Shown here: positions 24,728-37,956 of the stretch, in pieces
Numbering within the stretch: the stretch's first letter is position 1
Layout: each line of letters opens with the position of its first letter
Source of the DNA: Octopus vulgaris
Taxonomy: Eukaryota
Direction: 5' to 3'
Length of the DNA stretch: 64,000 nucleotides
NCBI GenBank assembly: GCA_951406725.2
Contig: OX597842.1
Coordinates: 27,590,001 to 27,654,000 of the forward strand
Position numbers and translations under genes: made by a program
The notes under the pieces: model-generated
The model's input: the letters and a program-made list of their open reading frames with translations, nothing else
The model's database searches: none
What the model was told of the DNA's origin: nothing

Positions 24728-27700
24728 CACGACACACACACACACTCTCTCTCTCTCTCTCTCTCTCAAACACATGCATATACATTTGCACAAGCACATA
24801 GTAATTAATATATAAGCGTACACACACATACAAACGACACACACACACACACTCTCTCTCTCTCTCTCAAACACATGCATATACATTTGCACAAGCACAT
24901 AGTAATTAATATATAAGCGTACACACACACACACAAACGACACACACACACACACTCTCTCTCTCTCTCTCTCAAACACATGCATATACATTTGCACAAG
25001 ATCATAGTAATTAATATATAAGCGTACACACACATACAAACGACACACACACACACACTCTCTCTCTCTCAAACACATGCATATACATTTGCACAAGCAC
25101 ATAGTAATTAATATATAAGCGTACACACACACACACAAACGACACACACACATTCTCTCTCTCTCTCAAACACATGCATATACATTTGCACAAGCACATA
25201 GTAATTAATATATAAGCGTACACACACATACAAACGACACACACACACACACTCTCTCTCTCTCAAACACATGCATATACATTTGCACAAGCACATAGTA
25301 ATTAATATATAAGCGTACACACACACACACAAACGACACACACACTCTCTCTCTCTCTCAAACACATTCATATACATTTGCACAAGCACATAGTAATTAA
25401 TATATAAGCGTACACACACATACAAACGACACACACACACACACACTCTCTCTCTCTCTCTCTCAAACACATGCATATACATTTGCACAAGCACATAGTA
25501 ATTAATATATAAGCGTACACACACATACAAACGACACACACACACACACACACTCTCTCTCTCAAACACATGCATATACATTTGCACAAGCACATAGTAA
25601 TTAATATATAAGCGTACACACACATACAAACGACACACACACACACTCTCTCTCTCTCTCTCAAACACATGCATATACATTTGCACAAGCACATAGTAAT
25701 TAATATATAAGCGTACACACACATACAAACGACACACACACACACTCTCTCTCTCTCTCAAACACATGCATATACATTTGCACAAGCACATAGTAATTAA
25801 TATATAAGCGTACACACACATACAAACGACACACACACACACACACACTCTCTCTCTCTCTCTCTCTCTCTCAAACACATGCATATACATTTGCACATAG
25901 TAATTAATATATAAGCGTACACACACATACAAACGACACACACACACACTCTCTCTCTCTCAAACACATGCATATACATTTGCACAAGCACATAGTAATT
26001 AATATATAAGCGTACACACACATACAAACGACACACACACACACACACACACTCTCTCTCTCTCTCAAACACATGCATATACATTTGCACATAGTAATTA
26101 ATATATAAGCGTACACACACATACAAACGACACACACACACACTCTCTCTCTCTCTCAAACACATGCATATACATTTGCACATGCACATAGTAATTAATA
26201 TATAAGCGTACACACACATACAAAACGACACACACACACACTCTCTCTCTCTCTCTCTCTCAAACACATGCATATACATTTGCACATAGTAATTAATATA
26301 TAAGCGTACACACACATACAAACGACACACACACACACACTCTCTCTCTCTCTCAAACACATGCATATACATTTGCACAAGCACATAGTAATTAATATAT
26401 AAGCGTACACACATACAAACGACACACACACACACTCTCTCTCTCTCTCTCTCTCAAACACATGCATATACATTTGCACAAGCACATAGTAATTAATATA
26501 TAAGCGTACACACACACACACAAACGACACACACACACACTCTCTCTCTCTCTCTCTCAAACACATGCATATACATTTGCACAAGCACATAGTAATTAAT
26601 ATATAAGCGTACACACACACACACAAACGACACACACACACACACTCTCTCTCTCTCTCTCTCAAACACATGCATATACATTTGCACAAGCACATAGTAA
26701 TTAATATATAAGCGTACACACACACACACAAACGACACACACACACACACTCTCTCTCTCTCTCTCAAACACATGCATATACATTTGCACAAGCACATAG
26801 TAATTAATATATAAGCGTACACACACACACACACACACACACACTCTCTCTCTCTCTCAAACACATGCATATACATTTGCACAAGCACATAGTAATTAAT
26901 ATATAAGCGTACACACACACACACACTCTCTCTCTCTCTCTCTCAAACACATGCATATACATTTGCACAAGCACATAGTAATTAATATATAAGCGTACAC
27001 ACACACACAAACGACACACACACACACTCTCTCTCTCTCAAACACATGCATATACATTTGCACAAGCACATAGTAATTAATATATAAGCGTACACACACA
27101 TACAAACGACACACACACACTCTCTCTCTCTCTCAAACACATGCATATACATTTGCACAAGCACATAGTAATTAATATATAAGCGTACACACACATACAA
27201 ACGACACACACACTCTCTCTCTCTCTCAAACACATGCATATACATTTGCACAAGCACATAGTAATTAATATATAAGCGTACACACACATACAAACGACAC
27301 ACACACTCTCTCTCTCTCTCAAACACATGCATATACATTTGCACAAGCACATAGTAATTAATATATAAGCGTACACACACATACAAACGACACACACACA
27401 CACTCTCTCTCTCTCTCTCTCAAACACATGCATATACATTTGCACAAGCACATAGTAATTAATATATAAGCGTACACACACACACACAAACGACACACAC
27501 ACTCTCTCTCTCTCTCAAACACATGCATATACATTTGCACAAGCACATAGTAATTAATATATAAGCGTACACACACACACACAAACGACACACACACACA
27601 CACTCTCTCTCTCTCTCAAACACATGCATATACATTTGCACAAGCACATAGTAATTAATATATAAGCGTACACACACACACACACAAACGACACACACAC

Positions 27701-28052
27701 ACTCTCTCTCTCTCAAACACATGCATATACATTTGCACAAGCACATAGTAATTAATATATAAGCGTACACACACATACAAACGACACACACACACACACT
27801 CTCTCTCTCTCTCTCAAACACATGCATATACATTTGCACAAGCACATAGTAATTAATATATAAGCGTACACACACACACACACTCTCTCTCTCTCTCTCA
27901 AACACATGCATATACATTTGCACAAGCACATAGTAATTAATATATAAGCGTACACACACACACACACTCTCTCTCTCTCTCTCTCAAACACATGCATATA
28001 CATTTGCACAAGCACATAGTAATTAATATATAAGCGTACACACACATACAAA
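24728..28052. repeat. Minisatellite, 34 units of ~85-110 bp: constant ~52-bp core plus (AC)n-AAACG-(AC)n-(TC)n
   Basis: Core AAACACATGCATATACATTTGCACAAGCACATAGTAATTAATATATAAGCGT counted 34 times. Confidence 0.95.
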
Positions 28053-28544
28053 CGGACATATACATACACACACATACGCACACAAACATACATTACACGT
28101 TCGTGTTTTGCCCCTTGCCGCAACAAATTTGCACAAAAGGTAAGTAAACCAGAAGGGGGCGGTCAATGTTTCATCGTTTCGGGGTCGATAAATTAAGTAC
28201 CAATTACGCACTGGTGTCGAGGATTTTTCCCCAATTCATATCACAGCTTCCGACAAGCTGGGGTCATCATTTTATGAAAAAATATTTCGCAAATTTTTAC
28301 AATACGACTCACACTCCACGCGCAAACTCGAGACCGATTTAGGCATATTATTGTTTTGTTTTTGTTGTTTCTGGCCATTCAAAACCATGGGAGAAGCCTT
28401 TTTGGTAAAACAAAATAAAGAAAATATTCAAAAAATATCGTTAATATTTTTATTGGGCGACGAAATTAATCGATTTAAGAGATATAGCTGTTATTTCTAG
28501 CACATGTAGAAGGCAGAAGAAGAGGTCAATAATTTGAGCTCGAA

Positions 28545-28719
28545 TGCTGCGATTTCATTGGTTAAAATTCTTAAAATTAAACTACGTTTAAGTTACGAAT
28601 TACAATTTTGTTTTCAATTTTGTTTACAATAATGTTTCTTTTGACACATTCTACCAGTATACAAAGTTTCAAATTGTTTAGTTAACTAGGAAAATCTGGC
28701 CCTCAAAATGAAAAGATCT
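28545..28719. mobile_element. Isolated right arm of a GGATCT-family foldback element
   Basis: CACATTCTACCAGTATAC.AAGTTT..TGTTTAGTTAACTAG...AAAAGATCT matches the arms at 3220-3304 and 35935-36017. Confidence 0.65.
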
Positions 28720-28755
28720 TATATGGATGTATATATATATATATATAAATATATT

Positions 28756-28803
<48 letters not shown>

Positions 28804-29150
28804 AAGAAATATGAGCAACTGAAATGTGTATATTCATGAATGTAATCGTAATATACAGCAAACAAATGTGTGTGTATATACATATATTAATAGGTGAAGG
28901 TATAATGTATACATATTTTCGACCCAGCAAGACCATCTTGAGTTTTAGTTTATACATCCCACAATGTATAGCTTCTTCTCATGTCTACCAAATACTGCAT
29001 TTAGCAGAATATACACACATATTAGAGAGATCGTCACAGATTATATAACTATATAATGAAGGAAAATCGTTTTGTGAAAGAGAGAATGTCTGACAATTAT
29101 AGACAAACTGATCGAAGGCAGATTTCTCATCAATCCCAAAAAACAACAAC

Positions 29151-29649
29151 GGATCTTTTCCTTTTGAACGGCACATGGCAACACAATTTCTAGTTAACTA
29201 AACACTTTTAAACTTCGTATACTGGTAGAATGTGTTTATAAAGCATCATTTTTTCTTGGCTTTATTGAGAAAATTCTATATGTTGTAAGATATTTCCACT
29301 TTAATTTCAAGCATTTCGGCAATTTTAACCAATCGCTGGAGTCTATTTGGAGTGAAAACATTCCGTGCTGTATGAATATGTCCCTCGTTTAAGAAACAGA
29401 TTGGGTTTATTTACATTTGTGAAGTAAAAAAGATACCCTTCCCCCACCCCTAACACTGACTCATCCTAACTCTAACCCTAAATCTAAAATAGATTGAAAT
29501 GCAATAGATCGATACTAGGGTTATAATTATGGGTGACGATTTCATACGACACCGCTACGGAAAAAGGGATTTATTTCGAGCAGTGTCAAATGAAAATGTC
29601 ACCCACAATTATAACCCTAGTATCGATCTATTGCATTTCAATCTATTTA
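29151..29649. mobile_element. Truncated GGATCT-family foldback element (left arm plus centre)
   Basis: Near-identical to 35246-35670; includes CCCTAA-like units at ~29447-29480. Confidence 0.85.
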
Positions 29650-29948
29650 CAGATTATTTACTGCCATAACAAGCTATAGGATCTTTCTTCTTGTTTTAGA
29701 TCTCAAATAACATTTTCTTTGGAGAAATATCTCCAAAACAAAAAGAAATGATGAAAAAGATTTTTGTGATTCAATGAAGAGGATTCATGGAGAAAATGAG
29801 AAAAAGATGTTATTTGGTTACTACTATCATGTTGTTATCGTGTCACACTGCCACTATTATGGTATCTTTGGATATTCAATTTGTCTGGAATTGCAAGAAA
29901 TTTTGAAACAAAAGCAGATCTGAAGATTTTAGTTAATTCAAGCCTTAC

Positions 29949-30103
29949 TTCTCCACTGCATAATGCAATGCTGTCCACTTCTTTTCTTCGTCACTGATGT
30001 TGAGATCAGCACCAGATTTTGTCAATAAGGTTATTAACTCTTTATTGCCTTGTTCACAGGCAGCCATGAGTAATGTAAGGCCACCTGAAGATCTTTGGTT
30101 GAC
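29949..30103 (-). CDS. Coding exon 2, ankyrin repeats (VNQRSSGGLTLLMAACEQG...WTALHYAVE)
   Basis: CTTCAG| acceptor, AA|GTAAGG donor; ANK consensus. Confidence 0.9.
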
Positions 30104-30408
30104 CTGAAGAGAAGAAAGAGAAGACATGTGAAATATATTAAAGGAGAGAGAGAGAGAAAAGGGAGAGAGAGAGAGAGAGAGGAGAGAGTAAAGAAGATGC
30201 AAGAGTGAAAAAAAGGAATACGAAAGAGAAATAAAGATAAACACACACACACAAATGCATGCACACACAAACACATACTCACACATGCACACACACACAT
30301 GCACGCCCACACACACACACACATCATGTTGCAGGGGTTTTCTCAGCCAGATTTTGCCCTTATTTAGAGTTACACTCCTCCTAGACGAGTCAGGAGACCT
30401 TGTAGACA

Positions 30409-30555
30409 CAGGCGTGGCTGTGTGGTAAGGAGTTTGCTTTCCAACCACATGGTTCTTGGTTCAATCTCACTGTGTGGCACTTGAGTGTCTTCTTTTATAG
30501 CCCTGGGATGACCAAAGCTTTGTGAGTGAGCCTGACAGAAAATGAAAGAGACCCA
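30409..30555 (+). mobile_element. tRNA-derived SINE fragment (third type)
   Basis: GGCGTGGCTGTGTGGTAAG...GGTTCAATCTCAC boxes. Confidence 0.65.
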
Positions 30556-30582
30556 TCATACATATGTATGTGTGTGTGTATG

Positions 30583-30618
<36 letters not shown>

Positions 30619-30839
30619 TATATATATAAGTGTGCACACACACACAAGTATGTGTGTGTCTAATTATATATTTGTAAATATGTATTTGTGTATATATGTG
30701 TGTGTGTGTGATATATATATATACATGTATCCTCATTCTATATGAATCAAGATTGGAGCCTGGTGCAGCCATCTGGTTCGCCAATCCTTAATCACATCGT
30801 CTATACTGATATGTATGCATGTATGTATGTATAGGTTAC

Positions 30840-31250
30840 ATCTCCAATCTGGTATGCTCATTTTGTCCAAAATACCGAACTACTGGAAGCTGTCCACAGA
30901 TGTACAACCACACAAATAGCCTCTCTCAATCACTTATTATTCCTTAAAAGTATTGCTTTTCCATGCATCAACACACAAAGTTTTTATTTCTAGCAACTCA
31001 CTTGATAGAATCCCACAAGATTATCCCTCATCTTTCAATAACAACTTTGACCACTTCTGGAATTTAATATCTTTACCACTCTGAGACATGCTTATAAAGT
31101 AAAAAAAAACACCCATCCCAGTTTCCATGATATCAGAAACAATATTTTTATGCTCAGAATTGTCAAGGCATGGAATAAACTATCTACATTGGTTGTTAGC
31201 TGTATCCTTCAAAAACACCACACTTTCTGTAATTCAGAAACACTACATCT
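30840..31250 (+). mobile_element. Decayed CR1/L2 LINE 3' fragment
   Basis: FMLRIVKAWNKL..LVV motif as at 560-625. Confidence 0.55.
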
Positions 31251-33019
31251 GAGGTTCCTATGCACCCTTTCCTTTTTGTGGTTCTTTTACTGCTCCCTTT
31301 TATGTCTTTATGAGTTTTATTCTGTGTTATACTACGACATGCACTTTAGGCGACCATTGGTGTCTTTCTTGACATGATTTGTGCTTCCTGTCCTTTCATA
31401 GAAGTGGACAGAACAATATCGAGGGAAACCAGTACAAATACCGTTTCATGGCAGATGGAAGAGTCCTTCTTATGAAACATGAAATGTCTGTCTTTAGTTA
31501 CAACCTCACTTTTGTCTGAGTGAAGGCCAAAAAAAATCAGTTGAGAAAATCTTCCAGTTTATTACTGGTATCTGTGATATCAATTATGAATTGAAGAGAA
31601 CACTGACAAGATTTCAAACTTGGTATCTGATAGGAGACACACAGGTAAATAAGAGAAACCATCTACACTAACCAACAGCAGAGATTAGACCATAAGATAG
31701 TGTATAAAGTAATTGGACAGGTGAAGAGCTATAAAGGGTGCAAACCCTCAGAAATAATTGTGTAGATTCTAAATATGTCAGACAGGGTTTTAGTTTTATA
31801 TTCCCTGGAAAAGCTCATGAAATTCTACACTGTGTTATCACTGATGCCTGGCATAGTAGCACTTTCATTTAATGATATAATGATGAAGGAGATTTAAATG
31901 ATGGTGAGAGAAGAACAGGATGTTTGAAATGAAGCATGGATCTTCAGATGTCATATGTCTGGTGAAACAGCCACATGAGATCAGCTTGAAAACGAATGAA
32001 AGCAAATCTACAAGAAAGGTTTTAGAGAACAGTCCCTTATTCTATTGACTGTAGAGCACAGGTAAATCAGGGCGAAAAAAGCTTAGAAAGACTGTTCAGT
32101 TCATGCATAAGCTCAAGGAAAAGATTGAAAATCCTTTTACGTTAATCACTGAATCTATTACAAAGTAATTATTTGTGATTAGATATCTGCGACAACTTTG
32201 GAACGACACCAACCACAGCTAAATATGTGCAACTATGGAAAAGGAGGAGACACAAATGAAAAGAAACAATGGAGAAAATAAGAAATATTCTGAAAGTAGG
32301 GATCAGAATTTTGAGCCTAAATGAGGCAGCAGCAGTGTCAGGGCTTACATTAGTTTGTAGCCATACGATATGTAAGAAGGTGTGAGTGGTTCATACACAA
32401 CTGTATTACACCTGTACAAAAAAACACTATCGACCTCACCTTGAGGAAATCACCTACCCTCACTAAACTGGCAGACATTCACCCACCATTGAAATACATG
32501 TATGATGGTCATCAAGAAATTAAAGGATGTTTTTTCTGCATTTCACCATTTGTCAGCTGTCTTCCCTCCCAAATTAAAAGCCACATTTTCTGGTCTCTTA
32601 CCTAGAGTATCTCTATAGATTTTACAGAATCATTCCACCCACCACTCCCTAACCATGATGGTTCTATACCAGTGCTTCTTAAACGTTTCAATTATGGCCC
32701 TTTTTTTATTTACTAAGAGTTTTTCAATGCCCCTTTTCTTGCTATGATTCAATATCTCTGATTTTTAATGTTCTCACGGGTCAGATTAATTTACCTTTGG
32801 GTCCTAGTCTTGACATGGGTGACTACTTACCACAGCACCACCCCACAATAAGTGAACATTTGATGCATCACCACTTCACTTTAGTTTCTGATCCAAACTC
32901 AACTACACATTGAGTTTTATATATTTGGCTCCCTGGTCCTTATAAAATTTTCCACAAACCCTACCAAGGGTAGCACTACTCTCTTAGAGAAGCCCTGTTT
33001 TATAATTCTTGCTGATAGT

Positions 33020-33450
33020 GTCCTATCTGCTGACTACCAGCCAGTCATTCTAACTTCCAATATTTCAATTATGAAGTAAAAAGTCATAAACAACCATCAT
33101 CTTTGTCCCTTTGGGTATCTTTCTCTATTCAATGAGCCCCAGTACAGTTTCATAAAGCCGGTTCAAGCAGGGGTCTGATTCCTACGTGACTCCCCAGTGT
33201 TTTGGTTATGTTTGACAACTTCTGCAAAAGAAATACTGTAGCCCTTGACGTCGGTAAAACCTTTAACTGTGTATGGCAAGAGAATTTCTTGACAAAGTCA
33301 TCATTTATCTATTGGGTCCATCTGTCCCCCATCTCTTGGACTGAATATTTCCTGCCAGAGTACTCCATTGCAGTGTGTGAGGATGGGTTTCTCTCTCACT
33401 CACATTCCATCAATTCTGGCATGCCTCATTGTCTGGTTTTATATTTATAA
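33020..33450 (+). mobile_element. Decayed non-LTR RT fragment
   Basis: ALDVGKTFNCVW and INSGMPH (degenerate ALDI.KAFD.VW / SGVPQG). Confidence 0.6.
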
Positions 33451-33602
33451 AAAGTGACAATGATGGGGATTAGAGGAAAGAGGTAAAGAAAGAAATGAAA
33501 TATTATGGACGAATATATCTGGTTATTTAGGAACATTTAATATTGTGTATAAAATAATAAACAAACATTCAATATTGAAGAAGCAATATAAAGTAAACTT
33601 AC

Positions 33603-33686
33603 TTGATCAGGATTTTCTTTGATAAGTCGTTCAACATCTTCAAAGTCCCCATCCAGAATGTTGCTTATAATCTTATTTACATCCAT
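33603..33686 (-). CDS. Coding exon 1 (MDVNKIISNILDGDFEDVERLIKENPDQ), N-terminal ankyrin cap
   Basis: Polypyrimidine tract+AAAG|ac-ATG acceptor; CAA|GTAAGT donor, phase 0. Confidence 0.8.
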
Positions 33687-33901
33687 GTCTTTTGAATAAA
33701 AAGGAAAGTAAGATAGTTTTTAAAAACTCATAAAATGAGGTAAAGAGCAATTTAAAGAAGACTGTGTTTCTCAAATCTCCCATGAAATGACATAAATATT
33801 AAAAACTTCAGCTTAATCCAACAATTATTTATAGCTGAATGTTCTTCTTGACACTAATAAACCTAACAACAGTCATTGTGTTGCATCTTTTGGTTTGCTA
33901 T

Positions 33902-33938
<37 letters not shown>

Positions 33939-34594
33939 CACACACACACACACAAGCACACACACACAGAGAAACACACACAAGCACACACACACACACA
34001 CAAAGCACATACACACACACAAGCGTGTGTGTGTTTACATTTGTTGTCTCTGGCAATTTCTTAGCTTTCGGTGATTAGATTGTTATCATTTCTCCCGTTG
34101 ACGAATAGACCATTGGAATAAGAGATCCCCTACTTGAGCAACAGGTAAGGATTAAGGACATGAAGGGGATCCAGAAATAAAAAAAGGCATCAAATACATA
34201 TTCATCTAACCCATGCTAGCATGGAAAACAGACGTAAAAAAATGACTACCATACATGCATATGCAAACATATGTACATCTATGTATATGTATACATATGT
34301 GTGTGTGTTTTGTGTGCGCGTGTGTGTGTGTGTAAAGGCATGTGGCCTAGTGGTTAGGGTGTTGCGCTCACAGTGGCTAGATTGTGGGTTCAATTCCCAT
34401 ACTGAGCAGTACCTTGTATTCTTGAGCAAAACACTTCATTTCACTTTGCTGCAGTCCACTCAGCTGTAAATGGATCACCCTCCAAGAGACTTGTGTTGTG
34501 ATTAGGGGGAACACTCACTGGCCTGCTTGAAAGATGAAATGATGCAAAGCACATTGTGACCAGGGATGTGTAACAGCATTTGATAGTCTGGTCA

Positions 34595-35200
34595 ACACAC
34601 ACGTCTATATACGCGCATACCCGCACGTCTATATACGCACACACACATGCGTGCACAATAAACGGTTCATACACACGTCTATATACACACATGTACAAGA
34701 AAAAACACGGCTAAAGGCAAAAATACAGGAAAATGTGTAAAAAAATATATAAAAAGACAATGAGTAAAACACGTCCTATATACGCACATGCTCGCATGCA
34801 CACACACACACACAGTCTATACACGCCTTATATGCACACATGCACACACATCCACACACAAAAGATTCCATATACACGTCTATATACGCACAGGGAAAAT
34901 GCAGGGTGGAAGGTAGAATAGAGAAAAAATATGAGCAATAAACCTATAAAACAATATCTCTATAAATATGTAAAAAATATATATAGATATGTATATATAT
35001 AAAATATAGAGAGATAAAAAGCTTGTACGTGGTCACACGTGCATGCGAGTATGTGTGTATATAGACGTGTTTTAGTCTTTGTCTTTTTTACACATTTTTT
35101 GCCCATTTTCCTCTATTTTGCCTTTAGCCATTTTTTCTTATACATGTGCGTATATAGATGTGTGTATATGAACCTTTTTGTGTGTGTGTGTGTTGCGTAT
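34595..35200. repeat. Older inverted-repeat element hosting the 35246 insertion
   Basis: 34660-34800 is the reverse complement of 35040-35180; another copy of the arm resumes at 36018-36100. Confidence 0.6.
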
Positions 35201-35245
35201 ATAGACGTGTTTTACTTTTATTACTTATTTTTTTATATGTATTTT

Positions 35246-36017
35246 GGATCTTTTCCTTTTGAACGGCACATGTATCAACACAATATCACATTTTTCTTGG
35301 CTTTATTGAGAAAATTCTATATGTTGTAAGATATTTCCCCTTTAAATTCAAGCATTTCGGCAATTTTAACCAATCACTGGAGTCCATTTGGGGTGAAAAC
35401 ATTCCGTGCTGTATGAATATGTCCCTCATTTAAGAAACAGATTGGGTTTATTTACATTTGCGAAGAAAAAAAGATACCTTTCCCCACCCCTAACTCTAAC
35501 CCTAACCCTAAAATAGATTGAAATGCAATAGATCGATACTAGGGTTATAATCATGGGTGACAATTTCATACGACACCGCTACGGAAAATGGGATTTTTTT
35601 CTAGCGGAGTCAAGTGAAAATGTCACCCATAATTATAACCCTAGTATCAATCTACTGCATTTCAATCTATTTTAGGGTTAGGTTTAGAATTATGGTTAGG
35701 GTTAGGGTTAGGGTTAGGTGTGGGGGAAAGGGTATCTTTTTTTCTTCGCAAATGTAAATAAACCCAATCTGTTTCTTAAAGGAGGGACATATTCATTCAG
35801 CATGGAATGTTTTCACCCCAAATAGACTCCAGCGATTGGTTAAAATTGCCGAAATCCTCGATTTTAAAGAGGAAATATCTTACAAACTATAGAATTTTCT
35901 CAATAAAGCAAAGAAAAAATGATGTTTTATAAACACATTCTACCAGTATACGAAGTTTAAAAGTGTTTAGTTAACTAGAAATTGTGTTGCCATGTGCCGT
36001 TCAAAAGGAAAAGATCC
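35246..36017. mobile_element. Palindromic GGATCT-family foldback element with 8-bp TSD (TGTATTTT) and telomeric repeats in both arms
   Basis: GGATCTTTTCCTTTTGAACGGCACATG ... CATGTGCCGTTCAAAAGGAAAAGATCC; TSD at 35238-35245 and 36018-36025; CCCTAA at ~35487-35510, TTAGGG at ~35672-35718. Confidence 0.92.
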
Positions 36018-36138
36018 TGTATTTTGCCTCTAGCCCTGTTTTTTCTTGTGCATGTGCGTATATAGACATGTGTATGAACCATTTTTGTGCACATGTGTGT
36101 GTGTGTGTGCGCGAGCGTGTGTGCTGTGTGTGTGTATG

Positions 36139-36340
36139 CGGCGAGCTGGCGGAACCGTTAGCACGCAGGGCGAAATGCGTAGCCATACTACGTCTGCCGT
36201 TACGTTCTGAGTTCAAATTCCGCTGAGGTCGACTTTGCCTTTCATCCTTTCAGGGTTCGATTAATTAAGTACCAGTTACGCACTGGAGTCTGTCCTTGTT
36301 TGTCCCCTCTGTGTTTATCCCCTTGTGGGTAGTAAAGAAG
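36139..36340 (+). mobile_element. tRNA-derived SINE (OR-like)
   Basis: Same family as 11051. Confidence 0.85.
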
Positions 36341-36568
36341 TATGTATATCATCATCATCATCGTTTAACGTCCGCTTTCCATGCTAGCATGCGTTGGACG
36401 ATTTTGGCTGAGGGCTAGCGAACCAGATGACCGCACCAGGCTCCAATCTTGACCTGGCAGAGTTTCTACAGCTGGATGCCCTTCCTAACGCCAACCACTC
36501 CGAGAGTGTAGTGGGTGCTGTTTATGTGCTACTGGCATGGGGGTCAGTCAGGCGGTACTGGCAATGAC

Positions 36569-36796
36569 GGCGAGCTGGCAGAAACGTTAGCATGCCGGGC
36601 GAAATGCTTAGCGGTATTTCGTCTGCCACTACGTTCTGAGTTCAAATTCTGCCGAGGTCGACTTTGCCTTTCATCCTTTCGGGGTCGATTAATTAAGTAC
36701 CAGTTACGCACTGGGGTCGATGTAATCGACTTAATACCTATGTCTGTCCTTGTTTGTCCCCTCTGTGTTTAGCCCCTTGTGGGTAATAAAGAAATA
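36569..36796 (+). mobile_element. Young OR-like SINE with perfect 15-bp TSD, inserted into an RTE-tail element (36347-36900, minus strand)
   Basis: GGTACTGGCAATGAC at 36554-36568 and 36797-36811. Confidence 0.9.
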
Positions 36797-36896
36797 GGTA
36801 CTGGCAATGACCTTGCTCAAATCTTTTTACACATGCCATTGGCACAGGTGCCAGTGAGGCGACGTTGGTAACGATCACGCTTGAATGGTGCCCTTT

Positions 36897-36957
<61 letters not shown>

Positions 36958-37142
36958 TCTTTTACTCTTTTACTTGTTTCAGCCATCCGGCTGAGGCCAT
37001 GCTGGGGCACCGCCCTTGATATATATATATATATATGTATACGACAAGAAATAATTTTTGTCTCCTTTCTATGGAAACAAAGGGTTTATAGGACTGCAAA
37101 AAAAGAAGTGCTCAAATGTAACTGAGACAGAGATAAAGAAAC

Positions 37143-37923
37143 ATTGATCATAAAATAAACATCAAATTCGAGTCAATGACTTTATATATAACACCGTATC
37201 TCCAAACATTTCATCAGATATAAATATTACCATGGCTCTTAAACATACAGAGTATACATATATAAAAAAAAAACATATAAAGTAGACATAAAAATCATCA
37301 AAGGTAAAAAATATATATGTGAATAAAAATGCAGGTGTATAGAACGGCCTATCAAGAAGGTATATACAATCGACTAAGAATTCTAAAGCGTGTCATGCTA
37401 CTAAAAATCCAAATAAAATATCGACTAAAAAGAAAAATTTTCTTACCCCCTCAAATGAAAGAGTACGTGAAAAAAGTTTGTTTCATAAAACCCATGGTAG
37501 GTTAGAGTCCAGGAGCAAGAAGAGTTCCACAAAATCAAGTGAAACACACCTATGGCCATTTCAGGAGTTCATTGCCGCAGTTCGATTACGAGTTAAAGCG
37601 CATCTTGGCAATGACCCCCACATCATGATGAACAGGAATCTCAACAAATTCTTTGTTTAGTCGATTGATATTTTATTTTAGTTTATTTGGAATTTTAGCA
37701 GCAAGACACGCTTTAGAATTTTTAGCCAATTGTATATACCTTCTTGATAGGCTGTTCTATATATCTGTGTTTTTATTCGTGTATATATTTTTTACCTTCT
37801 GTGTATTTTATATATGTATACTTTTTATGTTTAAGAGCCATGGTAATATTTATATATGATGAAATGTTACGGTGTTATATATAAAGTCGCTGACTCGAAT
37901 TTGATGTTTGTTCTATGATCAAT
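37143..37923. mobile_element. Inverted-repeat element with ~270-bp arms (MITE or inverted Penelope-type pLTR)
   Basis: 37143-37425 is the reverse complement of 37658-37923. Confidence 0.7.
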
Positions 37924-37956
37924 ATTTATATATATATAATGTATATATATATATAT

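Noticed and set aside
24728-28052. CRISPR-like repeat/spacer appearance
   Set aside because: Inter-repeat segments are only (AC)n/(TC)n length variants, not unique spacers; no cas genes; eukaryotic intron.
3483-33686. Calling the gene MIB1/MIB2, ANKDD1 or an IAP
   Set aside because: No MIB/HERC2, ZZ or BIR domain is visible and ANKDD1 has no RING, so no symbol was assigned.
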